A stretch of 64,000 nucleotides of DNA from an uncultured virus (IMG/VR IMGVR_UViG_3300044542_000402) (Duplodnaviria > Heunggongvirae > Uroviricota > Caudoviricetes > Herelleviridae): the IMG/VR virus record IMGVR_UViG_3300044542_000402; one strand, written 5' to 3'. The position numbers and the translations under genes are program-made. Position 1 is the first letter of the stretch. Each line of letters begins with the position of its first letter. Positions 29,226-40,500 of the stretch are shown piece after piece. Below the pieces are notes generated by a model, which saw only the letters and a program-made list of their open reading frames with translations, searched no databases and was not told the origin of the DNA.

Positions 29226-32200
29226 ATGACTCGCAGCAGGCGACGGGCCAACCGACCCGATGCGACCACCTCGGAGAAGCTGGCCGCCCAGACACCCGCC
29301 GAACGGCGCGCCAACCAGGACGTCTTCTCCCACCAGCAGTTGGACCGGGGCGAGCGCCCTACCGCGCGCACCACCCGCAGTGCCACGATCGCCGGTGTGC
29401 TCGTCGGAGCGCTCGTGGCGGGAGGGGCCTGGATCCTCATCAGCATCCTGATCGTCGTGATCGGCATGATCGGCTCCACGTCCGGATCCGACGATGGTGG
29501 TCAGGACGGGTACTGGGCCTCGACCCCCAAGCTCGGTGCCGACGGGACGATGCACGACTGCTACCAGCAGACCGATGAGAACGGCATCGGGCACGGCACC
29601 TGCTACACCGAAGCCTCCCAGGTGCCCCGGCCCGCCTGGTGGACCGCCCAGCACAAGAACGAGCCCGCTGACAGCACGGGGGCCGGTCAGGCCGATCACC
29701 GGGGGCCGGGGGCCGAGCTCGTCCACCCCGGACTCGTCAAGACCGGCATGAGCCTGTTCGCCGGGGTCCTCGTCGGCCTCGTCGTCAACGCCGGGGTCCG
29801 CAAGACCATCGGCAAGTCCAACCTGCTCGCCGATACGAGCGACATCAACCAGCACGTCGGCGATCAGCACATCGCCACTCCGGAGGAGATCGCTGAGAAG
29901 TTCGACTGGTTCCCCGACGCGGGGGCCCACTCGGGGGTCGAGGTGAGCTCGATGATCTCCCACGTCATGCTGAGCCGCAAGGGATTGCCCGCCGTCGATG
30001 TCATCCGGTTCGCCGCGAAGGACGACCCCGATCACGACGTGCTGGCCGGCGAGGTGCTGACGGGCGACGACGGCGAACCGCTGGTGACTCATGAGCCGAT
30101 CATCGACGAGACGTTCGGTGAGGACCTGTTCACCGCCTCCGGACTGCCCGGCGGGCGGGAGGGCAGGAGTCTGCGCAAGCGCTTCAACGCCTCCGCCGTC
30201 CGGTACCGGCCCGAGGCCGGCGACCGCGACAAGCTCGGTGATCACAAGACGGTCGCCGATCTCATCAGCGCCGACTGGCATCTGCCCGACTACGAGCCCC
30301 AGCGCCCCGCCGGGGCCTATCTCGTCGATACCGCTCCGGTCAATACGATGGTTCTCGCCATCACCCGCGCGGGTAAGGGCCAGACCTACATCGAACCCGT
30401 GATCGATATGTGGAGCCGGGAGGACCGGCCCTCCAACATGGTCATCAACGACCCCAAGGGCGAGCTCCTCGTCAAGTTCTACGAGCGCCTGGTCGTCCGC
30501 GGCTTCGAGCCCATCCAGTTCAATCTCATCAACGATCAGAAGACCGATATCTACAACCCGCTCGGCCTGGCCGCGGAGGCCGCCCGGGAGGGCGATCAGA
30601 CCAAGTGCTCCACCTACGTCGACTCCATCGCCGATATTTTCTTCCCCGCCGACGCCGGCGACGACCCTATGTGGAACAACGCCGCCAGCAACGCGTTCAA
30701 GCGAGCCGCATACGGACTCATCGACTACTACATGGAGGAGGAGCGCGAGCTGCGGGCCCATGCCGAGTCGGTCGATATGGATCCCGAGGTTCTCGAGCAG
30801 AAGCTCGACGTCATGTGGGGCCACGTCACGCTCTACAACTGCTACCAGTTGTTCGTCTCGCTGAGCTCGAAGAAGCTCAAGAGCCCGATGACCCTCATCA
30901 AGGCCCGCGACGACGCCGCGGCCAAGGCCGGCGAGGAGTCCGACGTCACCCAGGAGGAGCGCGATGACGCCGAGGCCCGCGAGCCTCTGTGGGAGGGCAA
31001 GGGCGAGGCCGACATGCTCACCCTGTTCTTCAACGCCACCGAGGCGCTACCGGTCAACATGATCCGCACCCTGGTCGCCAATGCCAACAACTCGTTGCGC
31101 TCGATGGCCGGGGCCGAGAAGATGCTGTCCAGCGTCTACGGAATCGCGATCACGCAGATGTCGTTCTTCACGACTCCGGTCATCGCCGCGCTCACCAGCG
31201 GCCGGCCCAGCCAGAACGCCGATCTGGGCGGATTGAGCTTCCCCCGCCGTTTCGGTGTCCGGTTCGGCCAGAACTATGTCGCCCGCCATCACCTGGCGGG
31301 GATGAGGGCGGTGTGGAGCGCCTACGGCGACCAGGACTACACCCGGCCTCTGGGGCCCGACTTCGACCATGCCGACCTCATCGGGCGCGACGGCTGGGCC
31401 CGGTACTACTTCAAGGGCATCTTCGCCTCTGAGACCGCCTGGCTGCGCCTGGAGATCGTCAATCCCCGGACCGGGATGCTCACCCGCCGGCTCCACTTCC
31501 GGTTCCGCAAGGGGTATCAGCTGACGCTCAACGGCCGCCACTACGTCACCGAACCGGTCACCGGACGCAAGATCGTGCGCGGGGGCACCCTCGTCGAACT
31601 CGTCGAGACCCACGACGACCCGGACGACGCGAAGAAGATCACCGGTTACCGGCCCGGGCATCTCACCTATTCCGCAGAGCGGTTGCGCGTCACCGAGGAT
31701 CCGGCGCACGCGCCGCTGGGCACCGAGCCCGTTCAGAAGGAGACGGCCGACATCCGGGCCATCATCTCCACCAGTGTCCGGTACTCCGAGCAGCCCAAGG
31801 CGGTGTTCATGGTGACGCCCCCTCATCTCAGCAAGTACGCCAAGCTTCTGCTCATCCTCATCAAGCAGCTCGTCGACCTCAACTTCGACAAGTCCTATAT
31901 GACCAAGAGCTCGCAGAAGCCGTTGTACCGGACCCGGTTCATGCTCGATGAGCTCGGCAACCTGCAGAGCGATGGTCACGGGATTTCGAATTTCGAGACG
32001 ATGCTCTCCATCGGTCTCGGGCAGGAGCAGCAGTTCACGCTCATCCTCCAGACGCTGCAGCAGCTCCGCTCGGTCTACGGGGAGGACGTCGACAAGATCG
32101 TCCAGGGCAACGTCAGCAACATCATCTACCTCAAGTCGACCGACGACGCCATGATCGAGACCCTGGAGAAGATGAGCGGTAAGCGTCACGTCTCCTACAC

Positions 32201-33239
32201 CGACTCCAAGACCGTCAGTCGCGATCTGGAGAAGATGATCGGTGGCGATGTGGATGCCCGGGTGTCCTACAATATGAGCACCGTCGAGGAACCGGTCATC
32301 ACCTACAACGACATGGCCTTCATCCCCGAGCGCAATTCCATCGTCCTGCGCGCTGGTGATGCACCGGTGTGGAATCGCAACGAGACGATCCTGCCGATGA
32401 GCTGGAGGCTGTTCAAGAACACGATCCGCGACCCCGGCCACGACTACTCGCTCCAGACGATCCCCACCACCAGTTCCACGCTGGACTTCGACGTGCGGAC
32501 CAACCAGCCCGACTTCCAGGCCATGCTCGGCAAACGCATGAGCCAGGCCGCGCAGGCCACCCGGGCCGCTGAGACCTACAAGGAGATGTACGACTACGAG
32601 GACGTCGACATCGAGCGTTTGGACCCCGATGTCTATGCCGACGAGGTGATGGCCCTGGTCACCATGCTCGTCAACATCGAGGCGGGCCTGGATCCCGAGG
32701 CCCCCGCTGATCCCGACTACGAGGGGGCGTCTTATCGTCCCGATCCGGCCGATGTGGAGGACAACACGGATGTGATGCGCGAGGCCGCCCGGCTGCAGGC
32801 TGATCAGAAGGAGATGGAGAAGAAGCGCTACGCCTCGGGGCAGGTGTCCCGCGACGACCTTGTCGATCATGACGGACACGGCAAGACGGGCTACCTCGAC
32901 GCCCAGATCTCCCGGGCCTATCAGCGGGCCCGGACTGACATGAACCGCGACGAGCAGTACTTCCGGTTCACCGACGGGATGCTCCTGAGCGCGGACGGCT
33001 CGCAGGTCTACATCGCACCCGGCGACTCGGTGATCCACCAGCGGTCGATGAACGCCCTCAACAGGGCCTCCAAGGATCCGGCCAGCCGGGTGGCGGCCGA
33101 CGCCGAGGCCGGCGATGAGCTTCGCGAGCTCGACATCCGACCCGAGTTCTACGAGTTCCTCGCCTCGCTGGAGACCTGGGAGGTGCTGGCCCGCGGCGAG
33201 TTCGAGCGGGCCATGACCACCGAGATGGCTGGCAACTGA
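29226..33239 (+). CDS. virD4: VirD4/TraG type IV coupling protein
   Basis: Two N-terminal TM helices; ITRAGKG Walker A, NDPKGEL, YNPL, FMLDELGNL Walker B, ILQTLQQLRSVYG. Confidence 0.9.
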   Translation: MTRSRRRANRPDATTSEKLAAQTPAERRANQDVFSHQQLDRGERPTARTTRSATIAGVLVGALVAGGAWILISILIVVIGMIGSTSGSDDGGQDGYWASTPKLGADGTMHDCYQQTDENGIGHGTCYTEASQVPRPAWWTAQHKNEPADSTGAGQADHRGPGAELVHPGLVKTGMSLFAGVLVGLVVNAGVRKTIGKSNLLADTSDINQHVGDQHIATPEEIAEKFDWFPDAGAHSGVEVSSMISHVMLSRKGLPAVDVIRFAAKDDPDHDVLAGEVLTGDDGEPLVTHEPIIDETFGEDLFTASGLPGGREGRSLRKRFNASAVRYRPEAGDRDKLGDHKTVADLISADWHLPDYEPQRPAGAYLVDTAPVNTMVLAITRAGKGQTYIEPVIDMWSREDRPSNMVINDPKGELLVKFYERLVVRGFEPIQFNLINDQKTDIYNPLGLAAEAAREGDQTKCSTYVDSIADIFFPADAGDDPMWNNAASNAFKRAAYGLIDYYMEEERELRAHAESVDMDPEVLEQKLDVMWGHVTLYNCYQLFVSLSSKKLKSPMTLIKARDDAAAKAGEESDVTQEERDDAEAREPLWEGKGEADMLTLFFNATEALPVNMIRTLVANANNSLRSMAGAEKMLSSVYGIAITQMSFFTTPVIAALTSGRPSQNADLGGLSFPRRFGVRFGQNYVARHHLAGMRAVWSAYGDQDYTRPLGPDFDHADLIGRDGWARYYFKGIFASETAWLRLEIVNPRTGMLTRRLHFRFRKGYQLTLNGRHYVTEPVTGRKIVRGGTLVELVETHDDPDDAKKITGYRPGHLTYSAERLRVTEDPAHAPLGTEPVQKETADIRAIISTSVRYSEQPKAVFMVTPPHLSKYAKLLLILIKQLVDLNFDKSYMTKSSQKPLYRTRFMLDELGNLQSDGHGISNFETMLSIGLGQEQQFTLILQTLQQLRSVYGEDVDKIVQGNVSNIIYLKSTDDAMIETLEKMSGKRHVSYTDSKTVSRDLEKMIGGDVDARVSYNMSTVEEPVITYNDMAFIPERNSIVLRAGDAPVWNRNETILPMSWRLFKNTIRDPGHDYSLQTIPTTSSTLDFDVRTNQPDFQAMLGKRMSQAAQATRAAETYKEMYDYEDVDIERLDPDVYADEVMALVTMLVNIEAGLDPEAPADPDYEGASYRPDPADVEDNTDVMREAARLQADQKEMEKKRYASGQVSRDDLVDHDGHGKTGYLDAQISRAYQRARTDMNRDEQYFRFTDGMLLSADGSQVYIAPGDSVIHQRSMNALNRASKDPASRVAADAEAGDELRELDIRPEFYEFLASLETWEVLARGEFERAMTTEMAGN

Positions 33240-33343
33240 GGGCGTTCATCATCGAGCCGGAGGAGTGACATGCTCGTCCGGCTCGATGCGATTCACAATC
33301 CGGATGGGAATGGGAGTCGTGGATTCCTCGGCGCATTACGACT

Positions 33344-35401
33344 ATGATTACAAGCATGGCGTATTTGTCAGATGCCCGACCTGATCTGGTGGACCAGTTG
33401 ATGGATCAGTCGCTGGCCGTATCACTGACCACCGGGTCGAACAGGATGGTGGAGTGGCGCTGCCCCGACTATCCAGGCACCCACCGGTGGAGTGCTGTCG
33501 TGGCCTCCCGGGTCACGGGGTCCGGCTGTCCGATCTGCGCCGGGCGGCGGGTTCTGGCCGGCTTCAACGACCTGGCCACCGTTCGCCCCGAGGTTGCAGC
33601 CCTGCTGGTCGATCCGCAGGTCGCGACGAGGGTGACCGTCGGATCCAACAGAACAGTGGACTGGCGGTGCGATCGGGGACACACCTGGTCTGCCAAGATC
33701 GTCTCGCTCACCGTTCTGGGACAGGGTTGCCCCTACTGCGCCGGACGCAGGGTCTGGCCCGGGTTCAACGACATGGCCACCACCCATCCGGACCTCGCGG
33801 TCCAGCTGGTCGATCCGGAGCTGGCCACCCGGTTGTCCGCCGGCTCCGGTAAGAAGGTCCGATGGCGCTGTCCCGCCGACCCCCGGCACGTCTGGACCTC
33901 CAGCCCCAACGCGAGGACGGCGGGACGGCCTGCGCCCACGTTCACCGGGTGCCCGGTCTGCTCGGGCCGCGCCGTTGTGGCCGGTGTCAATGATCTGGCG
34001 ACGGTGCGGCCCGATCTTGCAGCCCAGCTGGCGGACCCCCAGCCTGACGGCTCCCCGGCAGGCGCACTCGCGACGAGGTTGCGCCCGGGGTCCAACCGGA
34101 TCGTGACCTGGACCTGTGAGAAGCACGCTCATCGGTACACCTGGGCCGCCAGCCCGAACAATCGGCGGTCCACCGGATGCCCGGTATGTTCCCAGAGGGT
34201 CGTCGTGCCCGGTCTCAACGATCTGACCACGACCCACCCTGAGCTGGTCGCCCAGCTGGCCGACATCCAGCCGGACGGTACGCCGGCGGCCGGTATCGCG
34301 GCCAGGGTCAGTCGCGGATCCCATGAGATCGTGTCGTGGGTCTGTGGGAAGGGTCATACCTGGACCGCGAGCGTCAAGGACAGGGTGCGCGGCACCGGTT
34401 GCCCGGTGTGCGCCTGTTCCGGCACATCGGTGCTGGAGTCCGGGCTCATCGACACCGTGAGGGCACTGGCCGGCGATCGGATCGTCGTCGAGCACGGGCT
34501 TCTGGCCGGGCGCACCGGCCGGCGCGGGGGATCGCCCAGCGCCGATGTCGTCGTGCCCGGATCATTGTTGGCCGTCGAGTTCAACGGTCTGTACTGGCAC
34601 TCCGAGGCGTTCATCGGTGATCACAGTCACCATCGGGACAAGTCCCGTCTGGCCGAGGCTCACGGACTGTGCCTGGTCCACGTCTGGGAGGATGAGTGGC
34701 TCGATCGCAGGGCGGTCGTGGTCCGGGAACTGGCGCATCGCCTCGGGTGCATCGATCGTCTGCCCGAGGGGTTCACAGCGGCCGGTATCGCCGATCAGTA
34801 TGACCCGTTGTTCGCCGAACGCCTCTCGGCCCGCTCGATGACTGTGACCGAGGTGTCCCGGGACGAGGCGACGGCGTTTCTGAGAGCGCATCATGTCCAG
34901 GGTCCGGTGTCATTGTCACGAGGCTTCGGTCTGACCGACGATCAGGGTCGGCTGCGTGCCCTGATCGGTTTGAGATCGCCTCGGAGCAATGCCCGCGCCC
35001 ACAGGGGCGACGGCGAGTGGGAGATTCAGCGCTATGCGACGTACGGGCTGGTCAGAGGCGGGTTCACGCGGTTGCTGGCCCACGCCGAGCGCATCCTGGC
35101 CGGGCAGGGCGTACCGGTACGCCGGTGGATCTCTTTCTCCGACGACGGGTTGAGTGACGGCGGTCTCTACCGGAAGGCCGGTTTTCGTGTCGAGGCCCGG
35201 ATCAGGCCCGATTACCGCTACACCGGTGGGATCGTCGGGAGGCATCGGGTGCCCAAGGAGCGGTTTCAGTTGCGCCGTTTCCGTACCGATGACGCTCTGA
35301 CTTATGAGGAGGGCTGGACTGAGCACGAGGCTGCACTGGCCAACGGCCTGTTCAGGATCTATGACGCCGGGAAGACCCGGTGGGTGAAAGACGTCATGTG
35401 A
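33344..35401 (+). CDS. Zinc-ribbon repeat (5x) protein with PD-(D/E)XK-like nuclease and Hef-like C-terminal domain
   Basis: WxC..H.W...GCPxC repeats linked by NDLATxxPxLA; AVEFNGLYWHS, VWEDEW, HHVQG, WEIQRYA, RIYDAGKTRW. Confidence 0.8.
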   Translation: MITSMAYLSDARPDLVDQLMDQSLAVSLTTGSNRMVEWRCPDYPGTHRWSAVVASRVTGSGCPICAGRRVLAGFNDLATVRPEVAALLVDPQVATRVTVGSNRTVDWRCDRGHTWSAKIVSLTVLGQGCPYCAGRRVWPGFNDMATTHPDLAVQLVDPELATRLSAGSGKKVRWRCPADPRHVWTSSPNARTAGRPAPTFTGCPVCSGRAVVAGVNDLATVRPDLAAQLADPQPDGSPAGALATRLRPGSNRIVTWTCEKHAHRYTWAASPNNRRSTGCPVCSQRVVVPGLNDLTTTHPELVAQLADIQPDGTPAAGIAARVSRGSHEIVSWVCGKGHTWTASVKDRVRGTGCPVCACSGTSVLESGLIDTVRALAGDRIVVEHGLLAGRTGRRGGSPSADVVVPGSLLAVEFNGLYWHSEAFIGDHSHHRDKSRLAEAHGLCLVHVWEDEWLDRRAVVVRELAHRLGCIDRLPEGFTAAGIADQYDPLFAERLSARSMTVTEVSRDEATAFLRAHHVQGPVSLSRGFGLTDDQGRLRALIGLRSPRSNARAHRGDGEWEIQRYATYGLVRGGFTRLLAHAERILAGQGVPVRRWISFSDDGLSDGGLYRKAGFRVEARIRPDYRYTGGIVGRHRVPKERFQLRRFRTDDALTYEEGWTEHEAALANGLFRIYDAGKTRWVKDVM

Positions 35402-35480
35402 TGTGGATGAGTGATCTGAATGGAAACGGCATTGTCATGTGAATGTGGCATGATGATCAATATCGGCGTAAACTGATGAT

Positions 35481-37451
35481 ATGACACATCAGACCATGTC
35501 ACCTGGGCTCATCGCCCAGCTCGTCGATCCCGCTGATGCCACGTTGTCGGCCGGCTCCAACGTCGAGGTGGACTGGCGCTGTGACGTCGACTCTCGCCAC
35601 GTGTGGCGTGCCAGCCCCAGCACTCGGCGACGCAGCCCCCGGTGCCCGGTGTGCCTCAACAAGATCGTCATCCCCGGTGTCAATGATCTCGCCACCACCG
35701 ATCCCGATCTTGCAGGGCAGCTGATCGACCCGCAGGACGGCCGCCTGGTGCACCGCGGATCTCACAGGACTGTGACGTGGCGGTGTTCGGAGGGTCATCA
35801 GTGGCCGGCCTCGGTGGTCTCGCGGGTCCGTCTGGGGTCGGGGTGTCCCTACTGCTCGGGCCGGTTGCCCGTCCCTGGTGTCAATGATCTGGCCACGACC
35901 CATCCGGATCTGGCGGCCCAGTTGGCCGACCCCGAACAGGCCAGGACTGTGGGGGCCGGATCGGGCAAGAAGTTGGTGTGGCGCTGCACCGCTGATCCGA
36001 GTCACACCTGGGCCGCACCGGTGCGCAATAGAACTGGCAAGGGCACCGGGTGTTCGATCTGCTCGAAGCATGGGCACAGATCATCACGACGCCATTCCAC
36101 GCTCGGTGAGCTCGGATCACCGTTGCTCGCCGACGCCGTCGACCCGGAGATGGCGGCCGGACTGTCGAGCGGGTCGGGCCGGGTCATCGCCTGGCACTGC
36201 CGTACCTGTTCGGTGCCGCACGAGTACCAGATGAGTGTGCGGCACCGCGTGCGCGGCCAGGGATGTCCCGTGGCGGCTGGGGTCCAGATTCTTCCCGGCG
36301 TCAATGACCTGGCCACCACGCATCCTGATTTGGCGGATCAACTGGCCGATCCCAGTTCAGCGACCAGGCTCTCGCGAGGGTCGACAGTCATTGTCGAGTG
36401 GCGCTGTGGCAAGGGCCATGTGTGGTCAGCCCCCGTCTACGCCCGTGTCGCCGGCAACGGCTGCCCGCAGTGCTGCCCGATCGGCTCCTCCTACGGGGAG
36501 CAGGAGGTGCTGGCGACGCTTCGCGAGCTGGACCCGCAGGCCTGTCATCGTGCTCGGGTTCCGCGATCAGGACGTCATCCGATGGAGATCGATATCGTGG
36601 CCGGGGATCTGGGCGTGGAGTTCAACGGCACCTTCTGGCACAGCGAGGCAACCGATCCCAGCCGAACCAGATGCGCGGGAAAGGTCGCCGCCATCCGGAA
36701 CGCCGGACTGCGCCCATTGATCGTCTGGGAGGACGATTGGGCGGATATGGATCGTCGTGCTGTCCTGGTGACGATGATGGCTCATCGGCTGGGACGTCTC
36801 GACCGGTTGGCCGACGCTATGACGGTCGCCGGCGTCGGGGATCACTTCGATCCCCGATTCGCTGAACACCGCGGAGCCCGGACGCTCGATGTGGTCAGGA
36901 TTCCCGCGGCTCAGGCCGATGAGTTCTTCACCCGCACCCATGTCCAGGGCCCGGTGAGGTTGTCGATCGCCTATGCCCTTCTCGATGAGAACGATGAGCC
37001 CCGCGCCGTTCTCGGCCTGCGCTCGTTCCGGCACAACGCTCGGGCCCACCGGGCCTCGGGGCAGTGGGAGATCCAGCGCTATGCCACGCTCGGCATCATT
37101 CCGGGTGGCTTCACCCGTCTTCTGACCCATGCGGCAGCAGATCTCCGGAATCAGGGCGAGGACATTCGGCAATGGGTCACCCTCTCGGCCAACGACTCGT
37201 CGCAGGGCGATCTCTACGCCGTGTCCGGGTTCAGCATCGACGGTGCCGTACCTCCTTCCTACTGGTACACCGGCGGTCCGCTGAGATCCCGTCGCGCGGC
37301 CAAGGAGGGCTTCCAGCGCCGTCGGTTCCGTGAGGATCCCAAGCTCGTCTGGGACGAGTCGTGGACCGAGCACGAGGCGGCGGCCGCCAATGGCCTGTTC
37401 CGCATCTACGACGCCGGGAAGACCCGATGGGTCAAAGACGTCGTCACATGA
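35481..37451 (+). CDS. Paralogous zinc-ribbon repeat (5x) / Hef-like nuclease protein
   Basis: Same architecture; GVEFNGTFWHS, VWEDDW, near-identical C-terminus. Confidence 0.8.
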   Translation: MTHQTMSPGLIAQLVDPADATLSAGSNVEVDWRCDVDSRHVWRASPSTRRRSPRCPVCLNKIVIPGVNDLATTDPDLAGQLIDPQDGRLVHRGSHRTVTWRCSEGHQWPASVVSRVRLGSGCPYCSGRLPVPGVNDLATTHPDLAAQLADPEQARTVGAGSGKKLVWRCTADPSHTWAAPVRNRTGKGTGCSICSKHGHRSSRRHSTLGELGSPLLADAVDPEMAAGLSSGSGRVIAWHCRTCSVPHEYQMSVRHRVRGQGCPVAAGVQILPGVNDLATTHPDLADQLADPSSATRLSRGSTVIVEWRCGKGHVWSAPVYARVAGNGCPQCCPIGSSYGEQEVLATLRELDPQACHRARVPRSGRHPMEIDIVAGDLGVEFNGTFWHSEATDPSRTRCAGKVAAIRNAGLRPLIVWEDDWADMDRRAVLVTMMAHRLGRLDRLADAMTVAGVGDHFDPRFAEHRGARTLDVVRIPAAQADEFFTRTHVQGPVRLSIAYALLDENDEPRAVLGLRSFRHNARAHRASGQWEIQRYATLGIIPGGFTRLLTHAAADLRNQGEDIRQWVTLSANDSSQGDLYAVSGFSIDGAVPPSYWYTGGPLRSRRAAKEGFQRRRFREDPKLVWDESWTEHEAAAANGLFRIYDAGKTRWVKDVVT

Positions 37452-37597
37452 CTCCTGACAGGTGTGCTGTCTGATCGCGACTCGCCTCATATACGAGAAT
37501 GATCCGAAACACGATCCGAATGGGTGTAGGATCTGACCATCAGGATCGCAGCGGAACGCCGCATTGACGATCATCGGATCGGTCAGGAGAGTCACTG

Positions 37598-40500
37598 ATG
37601 GAGAACAGCCACGGAATGCTCCGCTACCAGCGCGAGTTCATCGTCCACCAGGTCATCACGAGGGCCCGCCGGCAGACCCGCACCACCCTGCCGCTGTCGA
37701 CGGGCCGGGCCGTGCGCGAGCGCGTGGAGCAGCTCGGCGGGCCCCGGGTCATGACCGGGGACCGGGAGGCCGACGACAAGGGGTTGGGCGACTTCCTCGA
37801 CGCCCTCGACCAGGCCATGACCGAGATCGTCCCCGGCTACATCTCCCCGTTCGCCACCCACGATCGCACCGACCCCGCTCTGCGATCCATGACGCAGGCC
37901 TTCAACAAGGGCACGGATCTCCATCGAGGCCCCGACGGGCGGGTCGTCGCCAGCGGATCATTGCCCTTGTCGCCCTACGACCCCCGGTGGTCCGGACGGG
38001 CCAGTGTCCGGGCCGCCGGCACCGCGCTGTCCTACATCCATGCCGACGACATCGACGTCCTGGCAGACGGCCGTCCCGATCTGGCCTGTGAGGAGGTCGC
38101 CGACAACGCCCGGGTCTTCCACACCGAGGTCGACCGTGACGGCATCCGCAGGTCCGTGGCGGCCGGGACCGCCCGTTCCGATGAGGACGCCGCCGGTCTC
38201 ACCGAGCTGGCGACCCACATGAGCGAGCGCGAGTACGCCCGGTGCCGCGACTGGGTCCTCGACGGCGGCCGGACGCTCGACTCCGACGGGCGCACCGGCC
38301 CTGTCGACCGCACCCGGTTCATGAGCCGGGCCGCGCTGCGCCGCTCGCTGGCCGTCCTCGACGATCTGGACGCCCAGGGCATCGACTACGAGATCAGCCC
38401 CGATCTTCATCCCGGGCAGATCAAGGCCCGGCTGGCCGACTCCGGCATCGAGATCCGCCTGTCCGACGTCGTCGATCCCACCCGTCCCGGCGGGCGCAAT
38501 GCCGAGACCTACGTGGGATCGCGCATCTACGACGACGGCGTCGTGAGCTACTACGCGGTCTCCGGGGGACGCGGCCAGGCCACCACCAACTACTCCCCCA
38601 CCCCTGCCGAGGCCGTGGACCTGCTCCATGTCGCCCAGGGCCGCCCGGTCGCCCGGCACGATCGCCCCGACATCACGATCGGGACGGCCGTCGCACCCAC
38701 CGGCGGAACGCGTTCGGGCACCCGGCGGCGCAGTGACGCCTACCTCGATCCGTCCCGCGGCAAGACGGCCATGTTCGCCGCCACCACGACCCGGGGCCGT
38801 ACCGGGCGCGAGACCGTCTTCATCCATCGCGACGCCGCCGACCACACCCTGCCCGAGTACCGCAGCCCGGAGACGACCCGGGACTACCTGCAGACCATGG
38901 TCTCCAGCGCCCGGGCCAACTTCATCGCCGAACTGGGTGTCGACCGGCTCATCGAGGACTACCGCCGTCAGGTGCGCGACGAGCTGGCCAGCCCCGATCA
39001 GGTCGAGATGCCCGAGTTCTCCGGCGACACCGAGATCGCCGCCATCCAGCGCTCCTACTGGGACGTGCTCACCGGGGCCCGCACCACCCTGCTGCGACCC
39101 GGGGCCACCACCGAGATGGCCGAGGCCCGTCTCGGCGAGATCGGCGAGACGACGCCCGACCTGGGCAATCTGGCCTACACCGGATCGGCCGAGGAGCAGA
39201 TCCGGGCCCACGCCTTTGACGCGGTGGGCGAGCTCATCGGCACCTTCGAGCCCGAGCCCCACCTGGTCGGCGACCAGTGGGTCGACCAGCGGTTCGATCC
39301 GATCCGCGTCGTCCGGTACGCCGACTCCTCGGAGAACCGGTGGACCACGCTGGACTCCCTGGCCGCGGCCTGCCGCGACCTGTCCGCGGAGCCCGAGACG
39401 ATCGACGGCGTCGAGATCACCCGTCCCCGTCCCATCGGTCCCGGCGAACTGCTGGGCACCGGGTTCGAGCACGACCGCTTCGCCGACCGCCTCGTCCGCT
39501 TCTCCCCCACCGACGCCCATCCGATCGAGACCGACCCCTCCCCGTTCATCCGTGCGATGGGCGAGGAGGTCCGCGGTGCACTGGAGCGCAACGCCGTGAC
39601 CCCCGGCGACATCCTCATCGACGACTCCGGGGTCATCGAGTGGCACGGTCGCAAGGTCTTCAACCGCGACGTCGCCCGCTCGGCCTCCGGACGCGACCCG
39701 GTCGAGGTCACCGGGGTCATCGGCCAGGTCTTCGCCCCTGGCGACCACGGCGAGATCGCCACCCGCTTCGCCTCCGGGGACAACTCCCTCATCGTGCCCG
39801 GGTACCGGGCCCGTATCGCCGCCCAGCGGCCCGGGGAGCATTTGTCCGTCGAGGAGCGTACCCTGCTGCGCGGCTACCGCCAGGAGATGGCCGAGGCCAT
39901 CTCACACCGCATCGGTGTCGACGTCCTGTCGGGCCGCGGGTCGGTCGGCGACCCGACCGTTCTCAACCGGGTCTACTCCCGGCTCTACGGCACCGCGCAT
40001 CCTCTCGATCATCTCGAGCGCCACACCGGTCCTGACGGCGAGCTGGATCCCATGACCGCCGCCGTCATCGACACCGAGGCCCGTCGCATCCGCTACGGTA
40101 CCGAGATCGGCGAGGGCTCGACCATCTATGCCGAGTACGCCGCCGCGCACAACAGGGGCACCGATCCGGCAGATGACAACCATCGCGATCCGTGGATGCT
40201 CACCGAGGGCCGCAACATGGTCGTCCTCACCGGTCCGGACCGCGACGGCGTCGCGCCCCCGGCCGGCTATCTCGACCCGATGATGACCGGATCGGCCACC
40301 AATCAGGGCGTCGTGCGCTACCTCACCGCCGGTGCCGAGGTCGCCCCCGACGGGCACATCACCCCCGGCGATCCGGATACCGCGGAGGGCACCCGCGCCC
40401 CGCTCATGCTGCGTCCCGAGCTCGGTACCGTCGGCCACGACGCCTTCGATCGTCAGCTCATGGCCACCACCAACCTCATGGCCGCCTCGCAGGTCACCGG

